A DNA stretch of 64,000 nucleotides from Schizochytrium sp. TIO01 (taxonomy: Eukaryota; Protista; Bigyra: Labyrinthulomycetes). Of the stretch, positions 47,007-61,000 are shown piece after piece. The stretch's first letter is position 1; the number at the start of each line of letters is the position of its first letter. Under the pieces are notes generated by a model. The model was not told the DNA's origin. It was given only the letters and a program-made list of their open reading frames with translations, and ran no database searches. The stretch covers positions 5,496,862-5,560,861 of the forward strand of contig SMSO01000025.1 of the NCBI GenBank assembly GCA_004764695.1. The letters run 5' to 3'. A program made the translations under genes and the position numbers.

Positions 47007-50000
47007 GACTATCTATGGTAGGTAGTAGTGACACTGTACTACTATACTACTTCAGAGCACCTAATTACCCATCATCGTCTCTTGGAGAATCGCGATATTC
47101 AAACGTTCAAGACGGGGACAGGCACTTGTTATTACTTATTGGTTTCGTGGGTTGATATGTTTGATACAGGTTGGTTTCCAACGATTGGGAATTTATAGCT
47201 TCGGGATGGCAGCATATCATGAGATAGAGATACTTATTTCTTTGGTAGATCTCATACGAAGCAGCAGTACCGTGCGTTCTCCAAGTCAGTCAGGCCCATC
47301 CGTCAATGCCAATGTCCTAACCATCTATCCAATCAAGTCAGCTATCGAAGTACTCGAATCTGGCTGAGACTTCCGCCTTCTCAAGAAAGCTTCCTTCGTG
47401 GCAGAGCATTGATTGCACAATTGATTGGTCGTACAATCGATGGATGGACTGACTGAAGGATTGACGAACTAAACCAATGACTGCGATGGGCGAGCACACC
47501 AACACCTACTTACTTATAGAGCGTCACTCCTCTGCTATGGCCTTCTCTTCTTCTTCTCCAGTCGCGAAGTCTGTTCATGGCCACAAAGCGATCGGCCGTT
47601 ACTCCGCCGCCAAGAAGAGAGGCCGAGTCAGGAAAGGGTCACCAGGGCGGAGATGCGCTGGGATGCCTAAGTAAGCGTGGGGTTCGGGAGGCGTTTTGCC
47701 GCTTCTTGAGGTAGCTTCAGCGACAGAGGAATCAAAGTCTTTTCTTGTGTGTTTGTTTTCTCGAATATATGAAATAGACTCTTGAAAGAAGGAAGGGCCT
47801 CTTTCGCCCTCAGAATCAGCACCTGAGCTCTTGAAAGCTCTTGAAAAGCCAAGGCAACAAACAACATGTAGTGAAACGAGGTCGGCCGCCGTACATTCAT
47901 TCCAAAGGCCCAACAACGGTCTTACTGCTCAAAAGCCAAACAAAGCAAACGTTATTGCGTCTTCATTATAAAAAACTGAAAGAACCATATCCAGAAAAAA
48001 AAAAAAAAATCTGCTGCGAAGGGTATTCGTTTAGAGCGAAAAGTACGAGAGCGAGTAAGAGAGCTAGCTAGCTTTGTCAGAAGAAGAAAAGAATCAGCGG
48101 CGAGAGTGGTTTTTAATCTACTTTAAACTAACGTAGTTAAAAGAGCCACGGAAGAAAGGACTCCTCCAAGGACAGACTCTGAGAGGGAGAGCGGAAAAGA
48201 GCAAAATACAGGCCTCAAAGGGGCCGCCTCGAGCGTAGATAAAACTGTGCCTGAGGCTGCTACCCTTTGTGCTAGCAGTCGCGTAGGCCCGGATGTGCCT
48301 GGCTCGCAGCTGGCTGGTTGGTTAATTCATTTCGTTAGCTCGCCGGTGCGTTAGTTTTGCAGGCCTTCTATCATACCTCACTATACAGCTTCTTACTACT
48401 TACTCTTTATCAAAAGTGAAAAAAAAAATAAAATAAAATATATATATTTTGAAATGGTACTATATATGTAGAATAATCATTAAACTAGCTATCTTCAAGG
48501 GAGAATGTTTTGATCTTAGCATAGTAACAGCAATAAAACCTCGTTCCTGCTATCAAGCAGCGTGCAAATAAGGGGGAAGGGAAAGGAAGCCATGAAGCTC
48601 TCTCTCCAAACAACTGCAAAAAGAAGAGAAGAGAGCGGCGGTATGCAAAAATATGGGCAGCAGGAGCTACTTAGCAGTACTAATTGGCTAGCCGCTTGCT
48701 AGGTTCTAGCTACCCACACCTTGCAAGATGATGTAAGATGTGTACCTAAGGAAGGCTGACCCTGGGTTAGAAGATGAGAGTTGAAGCTGAAGAAAGAGAT
48801 TGAATATTGAAAAACTCGAAGAGGCCAATGCTCTCCGGCGCATTCAGAGCTTCTCAGTCCAAACCATCGACGTCGCGCTCCGCTCCAGGGTTTCCGGCGA
48901 GAGAGAGGAAAACAACGACCGCTGTACCCATCGATGCCGTCATGTGCTTGCTTGTTTATTGATCTTTTTTCTGATCATCTCTTGTTTCATCATTTTCCAT
49001 TGGAAAATCATTCAAAGAAACAAGAAAAAAGAAAGAAAGAAAGAAAGGCCTTTTCCTCATATCTCTATCATTCATTATAGACAGACATTCATTCAAATGT
49101 CCGCTGTCCGAGGAAGACCGCCTTCTCCAGCGAAGTCATAAGCGCGGTATAAGCGCGGCGTGGCCGCCTTGGGGAGCCATCCGGCCCTTCGCAAGCCTGT
49201 CTGTCTCGCAGGAAACCTGTCACAACGCCAGGTCCTTGGGCGTGCGAGGCGTGTGCCGAGCTGGTTCGGAAAAGAGAGAGCGGCGGCCACGCTGCGGCGG
49301 CCCGAGTTTGCGGCGCTCTCAAGTCGCTCTTCTTTGACCTTTGGCCTCCTTCTGCTCAATAAGATAGCAGCACAACCCATAAACGAAGGGTTGACTGATT
49401 CTTTTCTTTCATTGCCTTGAGTTGCTCATGGGCGCCTTAACTTACTGCCTCCCGGCAATAAGAGTACAGACAACCCTGAGTTGGTCTTCGACGATCTCAG
49501 GGCGTCTCCAGGGATACGAAGTGAAGGCTTCCAAAGATACATCGCCGCGGCGCTTTTCAAAAGAGACCGTCGAGGTCCTCGAAACCTCCATCAGAGAAAC
49601 CAACCCATAGAAAATGCAGCAGCGATGCCTTCCTTCGATCGCGATAGAGCGCCGTCGGGACCCAGTAAGCAGATCAATCGTTCAATCATTATCATTGAAT
49701 CGATCATTGAATCAATCAGTCAAATAGTGAACGAGAGCAGTCGGCATTTTCATAATTTCGTACGACAATGAGATCATCGCGCAAAAAAAAGTGGGATGAA
49801 AAGAAAGAAATAAGAAAACAAGCACGCGTAATAAGCAACCGCCGCCCTCTCACAGGCGTGCGCAAGAAGGCCCAGAAGGGGTGCGTAACCACTGCGATAG
49901 CTACTACGCATCTATCTCTCTGGGCAGGAAGGCGGAGGAGTCCTGGAGAGAGAGAACGAGCGGACAGCTCAAGAGGCAGCCTGAACTCTGACGGATGGAT

Positions 50001-53000
50001 GCACCGCTGATTCGCGATCGATCGATCGACCGATCGACTTTGATGAAATCCTCGTTGAACTGACTGACTGACTGACTGACTGACTGACTTCCATCGATTA
50101 TGGGCTTCAGAGGCGATGTCTGACGTATGAACGAAAAGAGTTTAGGCGGTTCGTTCTTTCTCGAGGTGGAAAGGCATATATATATATAGTACATGCATAC
50201 AAACGTACAAACAAACAAACAAACGTACGTACGTACATACTACTACTCTGCCTATGTCGCAGATAACTGGGTACTAGGAAGTGCTGAGGTAAGGTCGCTT
50301 AGCGTTGGACTAGTTAGTGAGAAGGCAAAACAAGCGGAAACCCAGCCGCAGGAGTTGGAAGACCCACAGCACGATCAGTGTGGGCGTTCCTCCTCACAGG
50401 GAAATCAAGTTTCTAAGAGAGTTGCGGGGCGGGTCTTTCCTTCCCTGAGGAAGATTGAGTGTGGGTACCCTTGATGGGTATTCCCTTTCGCCAGGACAAT
50501 TCTTTATATTCAGTTCCCCACGTTTGCCTTTTATATGCAATGGAATAAAGCTGGAACGCACTGTGGAGGGGTCTTCCATTTTGAAAAGGAGCACGTAGTC
50601 ACTCCAGGCTGGCCTTATCGATTTATATAAGGTGAAACAAGCGTACTTTTATATTCATGTTTAGAGATTAACCATGCTATTTTTACTACACATATGAGAT
50701 TTATATATTTAAAGTCTCTTTTTCGCAATGTCCTGATCCTTCGTCATTGTTGTTGTCGTTGAAAGCTTTCGTTTACATTGTGTTGATTTAATAATTTTTA
50801 AAAAAAAAAACGTTTTTGTTGCTGTTCATGCCAACATATAAAGTTTATTTGAAATCCCTTTCAATTGAAAATTCATTTAAATAAATAAAAGAAAATAAAA
50901 GAAAACTCAGTAAAAGAAAAACGTAAGACTTCCTTTCCTTCGAGTCGACACTTTACTTCAATCGCACGACTAGTTCAGTCTTAATGACGGCTAGCTCAAA
51001 TATTCTAACCTACGAGTTGCCATACCTTTGCGAAACAGATGCGCGCCCTGAGAAGAAGCGTCCTTGTGGGACCGGAACCGTCCCTGTGATCAGTACCTTC
51101 ACCGTAGCCCTAAAGTGCCCCCTTTTGAGCCTGAAACTATGGTCCCTCTCTCTCTGAAAGGGTGTACACTGTGACGCGCATAGTTTTGCCGTGACCCCCT
51201 GCCTCGCGCTGTTGGACTTGTTGTAACCTGGCTGCGCGTGGGAGAGGGGGGTACAACAGACCGCCACACCTTCTGTCTGTCTTTCTCCCTGTGCACACCC
51301 TCCCGCTGCTTTGGGTGCTGCGAAGTTAGTCCTGCTCTTTCTTTTCGGCAGCGCTCTCTGCTCTGCTCCTGCCTCGAAGAGAACAGACAGACAGCAAAGC
51401 CGGCGGTCTTTTCCCCTCCGGCAGCTCAAAATTAGCCTCCAGCAGCGCCCGAGCCTTCTTCTCCCAGGCACTCAACGAAACATTGGCAGAGAAACAGACA
51501 TCTGAGATACATCCTGAGAGATATACATACAGATATTCAGAGAGAGAGGGAAAAAGCTTTTCCTGCTTTTTCCTGCTTTCCGCTTTCCAACAGTAATCGC
51601 CATAGACCCATACACACATATACACATACATATATATACTTTCTTTCTTTCATTCTTCTACCTACCCAGGTGCCCACGAGTCCTACATGTATCTCCTAGC
51701 AAGGCACAGAGAAGCCTCAACAAAGGTCCGTTCCCGAGGCGCCTCGGCCGGGCCTAGCGGAGTCCTACCGGCGCGCCCTAGCCGGCGCCCCCCACGCAGC
51801 CCCGAGGCGTTCTGTTCCACGGCGTTCTGTTCGGTCCCCGACCCCTGTTCTTCACAGGCGCGAGTCGCTTGACCCGTCTGCTTACGGCGCACGGAGCGGG
51901 CGGTTGTTCTTTGTTCTGTTCTTGTCGTTGCTTCGTTGCCGCTGCCTGGCTCTCTCTCTCTCTCTCTCTCTAGAGCTCCACAGGACGGGGAGGCGGCGCT
52001 GCTGCCTCCATTCCACGACGAGAGAAGAAGCCAATGCCACGATGATTTGATGATGTTGTTGTTGTTGTTATGGTTGTTATTTCTTCTTCGTTTTCTTTCT
52101 TTTCGTCATGAAAAGGCGTTGACAGAGAACGGCGAAGAGTTAATAAAAAGTAAACTAAAGTAAAATGAAAAACAAGTGAAAATAAAAGGTATAAACAGAA
52201 AGAAAGAAAGAAAGAAGGGGAAACAATCCCAGGCCTCGAACTCCATCGCGATAGCGCATCACTATCATTCATACGTACACCTGGATGCGCCAATACAACC
52301 CAAAGGAGGACGGCTGTGACCCCTTCAATGGCTCCTCTTCTCCCTCCCTCCCTCCAAACAAAGACCCAAGCAGCAGCAGCAGCAGCAGCAGCAATCGAAG
52401 AAGGCTGCTTTACGGCGTATGCTCTCGAAATGTACAAACCAACGCACTCGAGGCTAGGTACACTGGTATGGTGTCCCCAGCCAGCTGCGGCCTTTCTTCT
52501 GCGGTCGCCACCCTTAGGAAAGGGAGTAGGCGCTGGTTAGGCGCCACGAAAGCGGCAAGTCTGCTTATGAAAAGAAGGTCGCTGAGTGGAGAAGAAGAAA
52601 ATGTACGATAGCAGAAGATTATGGCTGTGCTTTGGATGGACTGAGTGTTTCTTTGCTGGAGACCTCATCACAGTAGGAAGCGTCAATGACGGACGCAGAA
52701 GCGAAGAAAGAAAGCAAACAAACACACAAACAAAGAAACTGCGATATCGTTAAGAAACGATGAAGAGGGAATGAATCCTAAGTGCACTACTGTTGTGGTT
52801 TATCATTCATTGCTTGTTGTTTGTCTTTAGAAGGAGAAATAGAAGAAATAGAAGGAGAAGAGTGAATGAATGAATGGGTTAAGCAGAAAGGAAGCGACTG
52901 CCTGAATCCTCGCTCGTGAAGACCGTTTCAGGCATGCGCAGAGGATGCAGATTGGCACGGGTGAGACGGTTAAGGAGGCCTTGAGCTGGCAGGGACATGG

Positions 53001-54093
53001 CCTTTTACAATTCGCGATGCAGCGAATGCGTTGAGAGTTCCTGATGGCTCATTCGTTTTTATTCTTCTTTACTGAGTGATTCACTGGTTCATTCATTGGT
53101 TCATTGGTTCATTCATTTGGTGCATTTGCTGCTGCTTCAAACTTCTGTGTTGTCTGTGTGTCGTAAAGGGGCGAAAGTGAAAGAAACAAAGAAAGAAAGA
53201 AAGAAATCAGCGCTACGTACACTTATTAGATGGCTGAGTTTTTTTTGTTTCTGGATTCGAGATTGCAAAGGCCTTTGGAATCCGGCGGTCGATTGGTTCT
53301 TTGCTCGTGTTTGTAAAGCTCAGGCTGAAAGGAGATGTGCTTAAGCGGGGCGGGATATCCTCGACCGTGGACGTCCGTCTGAGTTTGGGCCTTCTTAGGC
53401 TTGGCTTCTCCGAGTAGTTTGCTGATAACGGCAACGCCATGAATTGAGACTTGTGAATCGTGATGCGTGTAAATTACGATAGTTCCGTATTACTAACAGG
53501 GCCAATAGAATCTTTCTACAATCTAGCGGCCGCAGACTTTTAGTCGCCGTTTGCTATTGCTGTTAAGAAGAGTGAACATATCTCGACTTCGAGGTCTTCT
53601 TAATTTTTAGTTAATTTGGGATAAGGCAAAATGAAGAAGAGAAAGAAGGAGAGAAAGAAAGACAGTACAGAGACATAAGGGTCCGCAGCAAAAGGAAGAA
53701 GAGCATGTATAGGGTAGCAAAAACAATAGCTGGCGCTAGCTGTGAAGGAAGCCGAAGAAAGCAGAAAAGTTCCTCTTCTTCTCACTTATCAGAGGAGTAT
53801 TAAAAAATAAAAAATAAAAAATGTATATATATATATGTTTTGTGTTTTTGTTTTTCAAATTAAAGAAATTAATTAAAAAGGCATCAGATAAATCCTTAAA
53901 TAAACACAAAAGAGTAAAATCAGCAAGAGGATAGAGGACCGAGTAAGGCCTGCTACCAGTTAGCATTGATCAAACATAAAGAATATGGCGACTAACTTGG
54001 GAAACAAGCAGGGCTAAAGAAGTAAGAAAGAGGAGAGAAAGAGGCAGAAGGAGATGCTCCTTTCTCTCTAAAAGAATTTGGAGCGAAATTGGA

Positions 54094-54145
<52 letters not shown>

Positions 54146-55313
54146 AGGAAGCAAAAGAAAGAGTGTTTCAGTTAAGTAAAAAGCCGCCCCACCGAGTAAG
54201 CCAAGAGGCCTCACAGGACATAAAATAGCAATATATGTTAAAAAAGTAAAAGTCTCAACAGCAGATCAACTTTTCTGGAAGTCAAGCTTCACACATGAAA
54301 TCTAAAGATAGCATCGACGCCTTTCTTTGAATAGATATCTTATTGAGAATTACAAGCGAAGCCCCTAAACCCGGCGGCCATAGTATCATGGTTGAAGAAT
54401 AAACGAACGACTTTAAAGGTAAAATGATTGAAACAATTCAATTGTCCACTCTTCACATATTTTGTATTTTAAATTTTTACATATACTGAGAAGAATAAAA
54501 CATTTTTTATTTCAATTATTAGTATGAAAATGAAAATGAAAACCGTCAAACTATCAAACTATCAAATGGAAACTAGGGAGAAAGGGTGGGAAAAGATGGG
54601 GGAGTTGCGTATAAAGTTGGAAGCAGGCCCCGTCCCTTGAGGAAAGAAGCACCTTTTAAGTTGCGTCTTTTCAACTACTATCTTACTGTAAAGTGATTCA
54701 TTCATTCATTTATTCATTCATCTTCTTTTTGCGTTTTCTTTTTAATGAACGGCCTTTTTCTGTTTTTTGTTTTTTTTTAATTTTGTTTTGGCAAGTCAGT
54801 CTGTCAGTTCTTCGATCGTTGAAGCGTCCAGCATGGTCAAAGCAAAGAGCTCAAAACGTGTCTGTGCAGAAAAAGGTCACTGCTCCAGGTTCCCACTGCC
54901 TTGGCACTCAGGACAATTGTGTTTTATTTACCTTCGGAGTCGTGAGAATCTTGGCACGAAAGAAATCTTGACATAAGAACGACGATGCTGATATTAAGGA
55001 AACCGCAGTTGCTGTTTCATCCTTCTGTTCGCCTGCCACTTTACACCGACAAGTATTTATTATAAACAGGAATCTCATTCGCATCCTTCTCTTCTCTTTT
55101 CTTTTCCTTTCTTTGTTTTAAAAGGCGGCTAAATAGTTTTCAGGCAACAATTTTAAAAGTTATACATACACATCCCGAACAGAAGCTGGGTAGGCCTTCC
55201 AGTAAAAGTCAGTAAATAATTAATTGAATAAGTAAGTAAGTAAGTAAGTAAGTGAGTAAGTAAGGAAGACATTCATTCATTCAATTCTCTCAGTTCGCAA
55301 AGCAAGAAAGACT

Positions 55314-55394
55314 AACAAACAAACAAACAAACAAAAAGAAAGAAAGAAAGAAAGAAAAAAGAAAAAAAAAAGAAGAAAGAAAGAAGAAGAGAAA

Positions 55395-55438
<44 letters not shown>

Positions 55439-55509
55439 AGAAAGAAAGAAAGAAAGAAAGAAAAAAGAAAGAAAGAAAGAAAAAAGAAAGAAAGAAAGAA
55501 AGAAAGAAA

Positions 55510-55545
<36 letters not shown>

Positions 55546-55549
55546 AAAA

Positions 55550-55589
<40 letters not shown>

Positions 55590-55591
55590 AA

Positions 55592-55623
<32 letters not shown>

Positions 55624-55627
55624 AAAA
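55314..55627. repeat. ~300-bp (AAAG)n polypurine tract preceded by (AAAC)n
   Basis: Read directly; shorter (AAAG)n tracts also occur at ~43327-43378 and ~54093-54146. Confidence 0.95.
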
Positions 55628-56931
55628 ACTTCGATCAAACAACAAAGAAAAACTAAAGAAAGTAAAAAAACAAAGAGCGGAGGTGAAAAGGCGTCGAGAA
55701 GACCTCCTCCAAAACCCTATCTCCGTCGCGCACGGTCGCCGGCGGCATCTGCAATATAGGCCACGCGAAACCCACGCAGGCAGGCAGGCAGGCAAGCAAG
55801 CAAGCAAGCTGCCCTGACAGACAGACAGACAGACAGACAGGCAGCCGCTGCTCCCTTGCCCGCGGCTCCACGGTACTCCGGTTCCATCCCATCGAAGCGA
55901 GACTGAGGAATTTCGCCATCTTTCTTCTGTGATACTGTAGATAAACAAACAAACGGAGCGCGAAAGAATCAATACTTCAATCAAAATCATTCAGTCAATC
56001 GATCAATCAGTCTATTCATTCATCCATTGTAGCGCGTTCTAATTTACTGTGTCGCGTTGGAGCGGTCTGTGGCGGAGGCCGAGCATAAGGCAGAGCAGCC
56101 AGCACGGAAGGGCCGTCGCCGAGCGATCCCTGGGAACGACGTCTTGAATTGAATTGGATTGGATTGAATTGAATTGATTGTTGTTGTTGAGAAAGTTGCT
56201 TCGTTTGCTGTCTGTGTTCGTTCTTTTCTTTCCTCGTTCTATTGCTCAAGCGGAACATAGAAAGGTTGCTCTCTCTTTCTTTCTTTCTTTCTTTGTTAGT
56301 GTTGGTCTGCTGCCGCTAGAAAGGCAAAATTCTTCCTCCGCTGACTCCACAGATCATCCTTCGCAGGCAGAGAAAGCGGAGAAGGCCGCGAGGACATCAC
56401 ACAGAGGAGGAGGAGGAGGAGAGCCTTGCGAAGCGCAGACGCTCGCTCGAAGAAGGGAAGAGACAACAAACTGGCTGACTGACTGAGTGAGCGACGGATC
56501 GATCGATCGATTCGATATATATTTTTATTAAGTTAAAAACATTGTCGATTGATTAGAGCTCGACGAGAAAGAGAAGAAAAGAAAAGAAGGAAAAAGGCCT
56601 TTCTTCTTTCTTTTCTTTTGTTTTCTTTGTTTTGTCTTGTGAGAAGAAGCACAAGAGGAGAGAGAGAGAGAGAAAGAAAGAATTCTGCTTCTTCTCTCCT
56701 CCTCTGAATTTGTTTGTTTTTTTGTTTGTTGTTTAGGCTGTTTTCTTTTTTGATCGCGTGAGTGTTACTTACTTACACTTACTTACTTACTTAACTATCA
56801 ATCGATTGATTATTTGACTGATTGATCGATTGATTGATTGATTAATTATTTAGTTAATTGCTTACTTAATAGTGTGAGTGAGTGAGTGAGTGAGCGATTG
56901 TTGTTCTTGGCGCAGCAGTGCGGAATCAGCA

Positions 56932-58071
56932 ATGGCGAGGAAAGCCTCGTCGCGGCGCAACACAGTGAGCGCAGCAGCTCGCGCGCGGAAGGCGGCGGTG
57001 GCAGCGTCGACCACGAAGACGGCGGAGCGTCTCCTCGCGGAGTCGCGGCCGGCGGCATCGCTTCTTCACGCCGAAAAACTCATCGGAGGCGACCCGGCCC
57101 TTTCCGCCGCCCTCGCAGCAGCAGCGGCCTCGGCGGCTGCGGCCCAATCTTCAAACCCAAACCTGGCCTCCGGCGCGAACCCGAACAGCAACTCTGCGAG
57201 GGCAAGCGCAATGGCGGCAAGACGCGCAGCAGGAAGGCTCCGGTCACCGGCCGTGCAGCGCCTCGTGCGCGTTATTGAAAACGTCGCACGCAGAGAGCTC
57301 GTCGGAAGGCCCGACCTGCTCACACCAGAGCTCGTGGCGCCCATCCTCGAGGCCCTCCAGGACGTCTCCAAGCGCGACTTTAACCTCGCAGAGCCCTGGC
57401 ATTGGCGCCAAAATGCAGGCGTCGTCGGCGCACCGGAGCACCACCGGGCCCTCACACCAGCACCACACCCACCAATGGGCCTCCTCGCGAGGCGCGAGCC
57501 GGAGTCATACTACTATCATGTCCACGAGACCTCGCGATATTCCATCGGCATCTTCATCTTGCCCCCAGGAGGACGCATCCCCACACACGACCATCCTCAC
57601 ATGTGCGTGCTGAGCAAGGTGCTCTTCGGAGACATGGACGTTTGGTCCTACGACTGGGCGTCTCCGCCTGAAGATCTCGACAGAAATCGTCGCAGTGGAG
57701 GCATTGCGGATATTGTAGACAGAGGATCAAACTACTCAGAGGGAATGACCAAGGTTCTCTTTCCCTTCAGAAATGGAAACATGCACGAATTCTGCACCCC
57801 CGCGATGCCGTCTCCCGGTGGATCCAAGGGAGTTGGAGTCGCCATCTTGGACGTGATCTTGCCGCCATATGATGAGCCTGCAGGAAGGGACTGCACTTAT
57901 TACATTACGAGACCACCCTCAGAGATGGCAATAAGCGAGGATGACGATGCCTCGAACGATAGGGACGAGGTGTCCTCGGAAGAGTCCGCCGACCACCACC
58001 CGCCCAGGCCCTCGCAGGTTTTCTTGGAACCCTCAGAGCCGGACCAGTTCTACATTGAGAACCTCAACTGA
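56932..58071 (+). CDS. ADO: Cysteamine dioxygenase / plant cysteine oxidase family (PCO_ADO) thiol dioxygenase with Ala-rich N-terminal extension
   Basis: YSIGIFILPPGGRIPTHDHPHMCVLSKVLFGDMDVWSYDW (HxH Fe ligands), GNMHEF (third His), AILDVILPPYD, RDCTYY. First in-frame ATG is at 56932; the ORF track starts at a GTG inside a GTGA microsatellite. Confidence 0.9.
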   Translation: MARKASSRRNTVSAAARARKAAVAASTTKTAERLLAESRPAASLLHAEKLIGGDPALSAALAAAAASAAAAQSSNPNLASGANPNSNSARASAMAARRAAGRLRSPAVQRLVRVIENVARRELVGRPDLLTPELVAPILEALQDVSKRDFNLAEPWHWRQNAGVVGAPEHHRALTPAPHPPMGLLARREPESYYYHVHETSRYSIGIFILPPGGRIPTHDHPHMCVLSKVLFGDMDVWSYDWASPPEDLDRNRRSGGIADIVDRGSNYSEGMTKVLFPFRNGNMHEFCTPAMPSPGGSKGVGVAILDVILPPYDEPAGRDCTYYITRPPSEMAISEDDDASNDRDEVSSEESADHHPPRPSQVFLEPSEPDQFYIENLN

Positions 58072-61000
58072 AGCGTCTTACGGCTTTGTTTTTTGTTTTT
58101 TTCTGGCGATTTCACCTAAGTTGTCTAATTTGGGACCAAAACCGGAGCAGACCGACTTTGCCATGTGTAGCGAGCGATGGTGACCGCAGATGGATGACAC
58201 GATTTGCTCCTTTCTCATTCTCAACCCCCGCAATGTATGCATGCTCCTGATGATGAATCTGCACACCACATATCCGTGGTGCGTAGCTCAACTCGAGGCT
58301 TTTGATCCCAAGTCTGTCTCTCGACGGTTGCTGCTGCCCGCTTTGGTTGGAGACGCAAGAAAAATTTCAAGCCTGCTTACTGGCTGGGATTTTTCTTTCT
58401 TTTCTTTTTTACACTATTCGCGTCTCGTTCTTTCTTTTTTTCCGATTTTTATAACCAAAGGCACCACTGCTCGCCCAGTCTCGCGCGCACTCCCCCCACC
58501 TCCTCGTGCACCCGATCAACCAAACAAACAACCCTTTTTGTGTGTTCTGCCGTCCTCTCGGCCAGATACATAGATGGATGATAGATGGATGGGCCCGTCA
58601 GTGTCGTCGTCGGCCCATCAAACGAATCATCCATCCCACTTCGCCAAGAGAAGATCTCAGTCAGTTCCTCTCTTTCGTTCAAATGCCGCCCATGAAGCGG
58701 CAAAACCTTCGTCACAGCAGCACCTGAAGAACTCGATTCGTACCATAATCTCCTCCGAATGCTCTGTGGCGGCAGGCCAGCAGAGGCCCGCAAGTGGCAT
58801 CGTCGATAACGTTCATCAACGGAGGGACCGAATCCACCACCCCTGGGCCCGCTCGCTCAGGAAGCCCTCATTCACATTCACTCACTCATCGATGAACCAA
58901 TCCCAACAACAACAACAACTCGAAGGCCCCATGGAGGGAGGGGATGGAAGGAAGAAAAAAAGGACAGCAAATACTCTCACGAATGGGCGTCCGCGCTGTT
59001 GTGATTGATCTCGTCTTCCATCTCTTTTCTCGATGGGATTTCTGGTTCCCACCTTCCCGCACTAGCCCTCCCTCTCTCCTTCCCTATCAAGGGAGCGAGA
59101 AAAACAGTTTTATTTGCTCGCACGAGGCTCCTCTGTATCTGCAACCTGCAACTGCTGCTGCTGCTGCTACAGTTCGGAGGACCTGGAGAGAGGAAGAAAA
59201 GCCTACTATAGGCGGGGCTGGCAGAATCGTCATGGTCGATGCTCTGCTTTGTTGTTGCCTGCTGTTGCCTGCTACTACTGCAGTACTAGGAGCGCCTTAT
59301 TATTTCACCTCCTTCCTTTCTTGCATTCTTTCTTTTCACCATCATGTTTTTGCGAAACGCCCGTGGAGGCGCGAGGGTTTATGTTTTCCTTCCTGGAATA
59401 CTCTCGAAGGCTCGAGCAAGACGAGCCTCGGAAGCTTCCTGCAGCAATATTTGCCTGTTCGAGCGAGCGTTTGTTCGTCCAGTATACTCTGATTTCCATC
59501 CGCCACTTTGTGGCACGGCGATCAAGGGGAGGAACCGCTCCGGCTGGACAGACAGACATACATACATATATCATTTTGTCAAAAGACATAGCCCTCGATC
59601 GCCACGATTTTCTACATTTACGTACACACGTACATTCATCAATTGCACGCGCATGCGCCGACTCTTTACTTTCTGCCGGCATTTGCACTCGTACTAGACC
59701 CTCGCGACGCCGGCGAGCATGGCCGTCATGACGATGGCCAGCACGCCGGCCGATCTCGAGGATATCAACCTTTCTTTACCCATCCATCTGTCCAGCTAGC
59801 TTGCCAGCCAGCCAGCCAGCTCTACCTTTTACGACCCACCCCTCTGTTTGCGCTCAGCCATTGCAAGCTTCTCGATGTCGCAGCAGTGGCTCGCACGCAA
59901 GTGAGATCTTGTTCGCCAGAGCTCAAGACTGAATTTGCAGCGCTCCGCCGATCGAAAAGGAGCCAAGTTCAACAAAAGCATACGGGGAAATCGGCAGACA
60001 GGAGTGGCAAATTTCTGGGTAGACGGCGGCCAACCGCGTGGAGGCAATGTACATATTCCTGCTCAGCACGATTTTTTTGACTCGCGCAACTCGCCGCCTG
60101 GCACAGCTGAAGAAATACATATCAAGCGATATCGAAGCAGTAACTGTGCAAGCACAAGCACAAGCAAACGTCAGTGCCGGCAAGTTATCGCCGGTAGCTT
60201 GCACAGACCTATCAATCTATCTATACCTTTAGCAAAACCAAAATAGCCTGCCACCGCAATTGATCACTAATCTTGATTCATCTACTCTGTTCTTGTTTGT
60301 TGCTTCTTTCTGTTCTTGATCCCTTTTTGCGATGCGCGGCCACCATCATGATAAGCATCATCTGCACGCAGCAGAGTGTCCAGCCCTGACGAGAAGGCTG
60401 CGCCACTAGAACCAAGACAAGTTGAAAACATGACTTCTTCAGGCAAACAAATCGGGTGGATGGATTCCCCGAGGGCTCTCAAGTGCTCAACAAAAGCCAA
60501 TCAATCCAAGACAGATCAACGGAAACGATCGATTACGATCAGTGCAAGTAAGTAAACCCCCCTCCGCAAGGAATTAAGTAAAAGCCTCTTGAAGAATCCA
60601 GCTGTGCACAGAATGTGAAGACGAAGAAGAAGAACAAGAGCAAGAAGAAGAAGAAGAAGCCCAGTCATTCACTATTAATGTCGCCGCAAAGCTGTGAAGA
60701 AGAAAACATTTGCACAATAACAAAACGAGCCGACCTTGTCGAGGAAAACAGCGTCGTCGCCGCCGTCCGCCTGCCGAGCGAGCGAGGACCCAATCTCCCG
60801 CAGGCCGAGATCTGCAAAAGGAGCCTCGGCGGCGTCCCTGCGGCCTGTCCTGAACGAACTGGAGGCAATGGTGCTTCTGCTTCTCGGCGACTCTTCTGTG
60901 CTCACTTCCTGAGTACACACCCACAGAAGGCAGGAAGAAAGAAACAATCAAACAATCAAACAATCAAACAATCAAAGAGCGCGGACTTCTTCTTCTTCTT

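Noticed and set aside
55277-55990. 237-aa Phe/Leu/Ser-rich minus-strand ORF resembling a membrane protein
   Set aside because: Translation of the (CTTT)n strand of the polypurine microsatellite.
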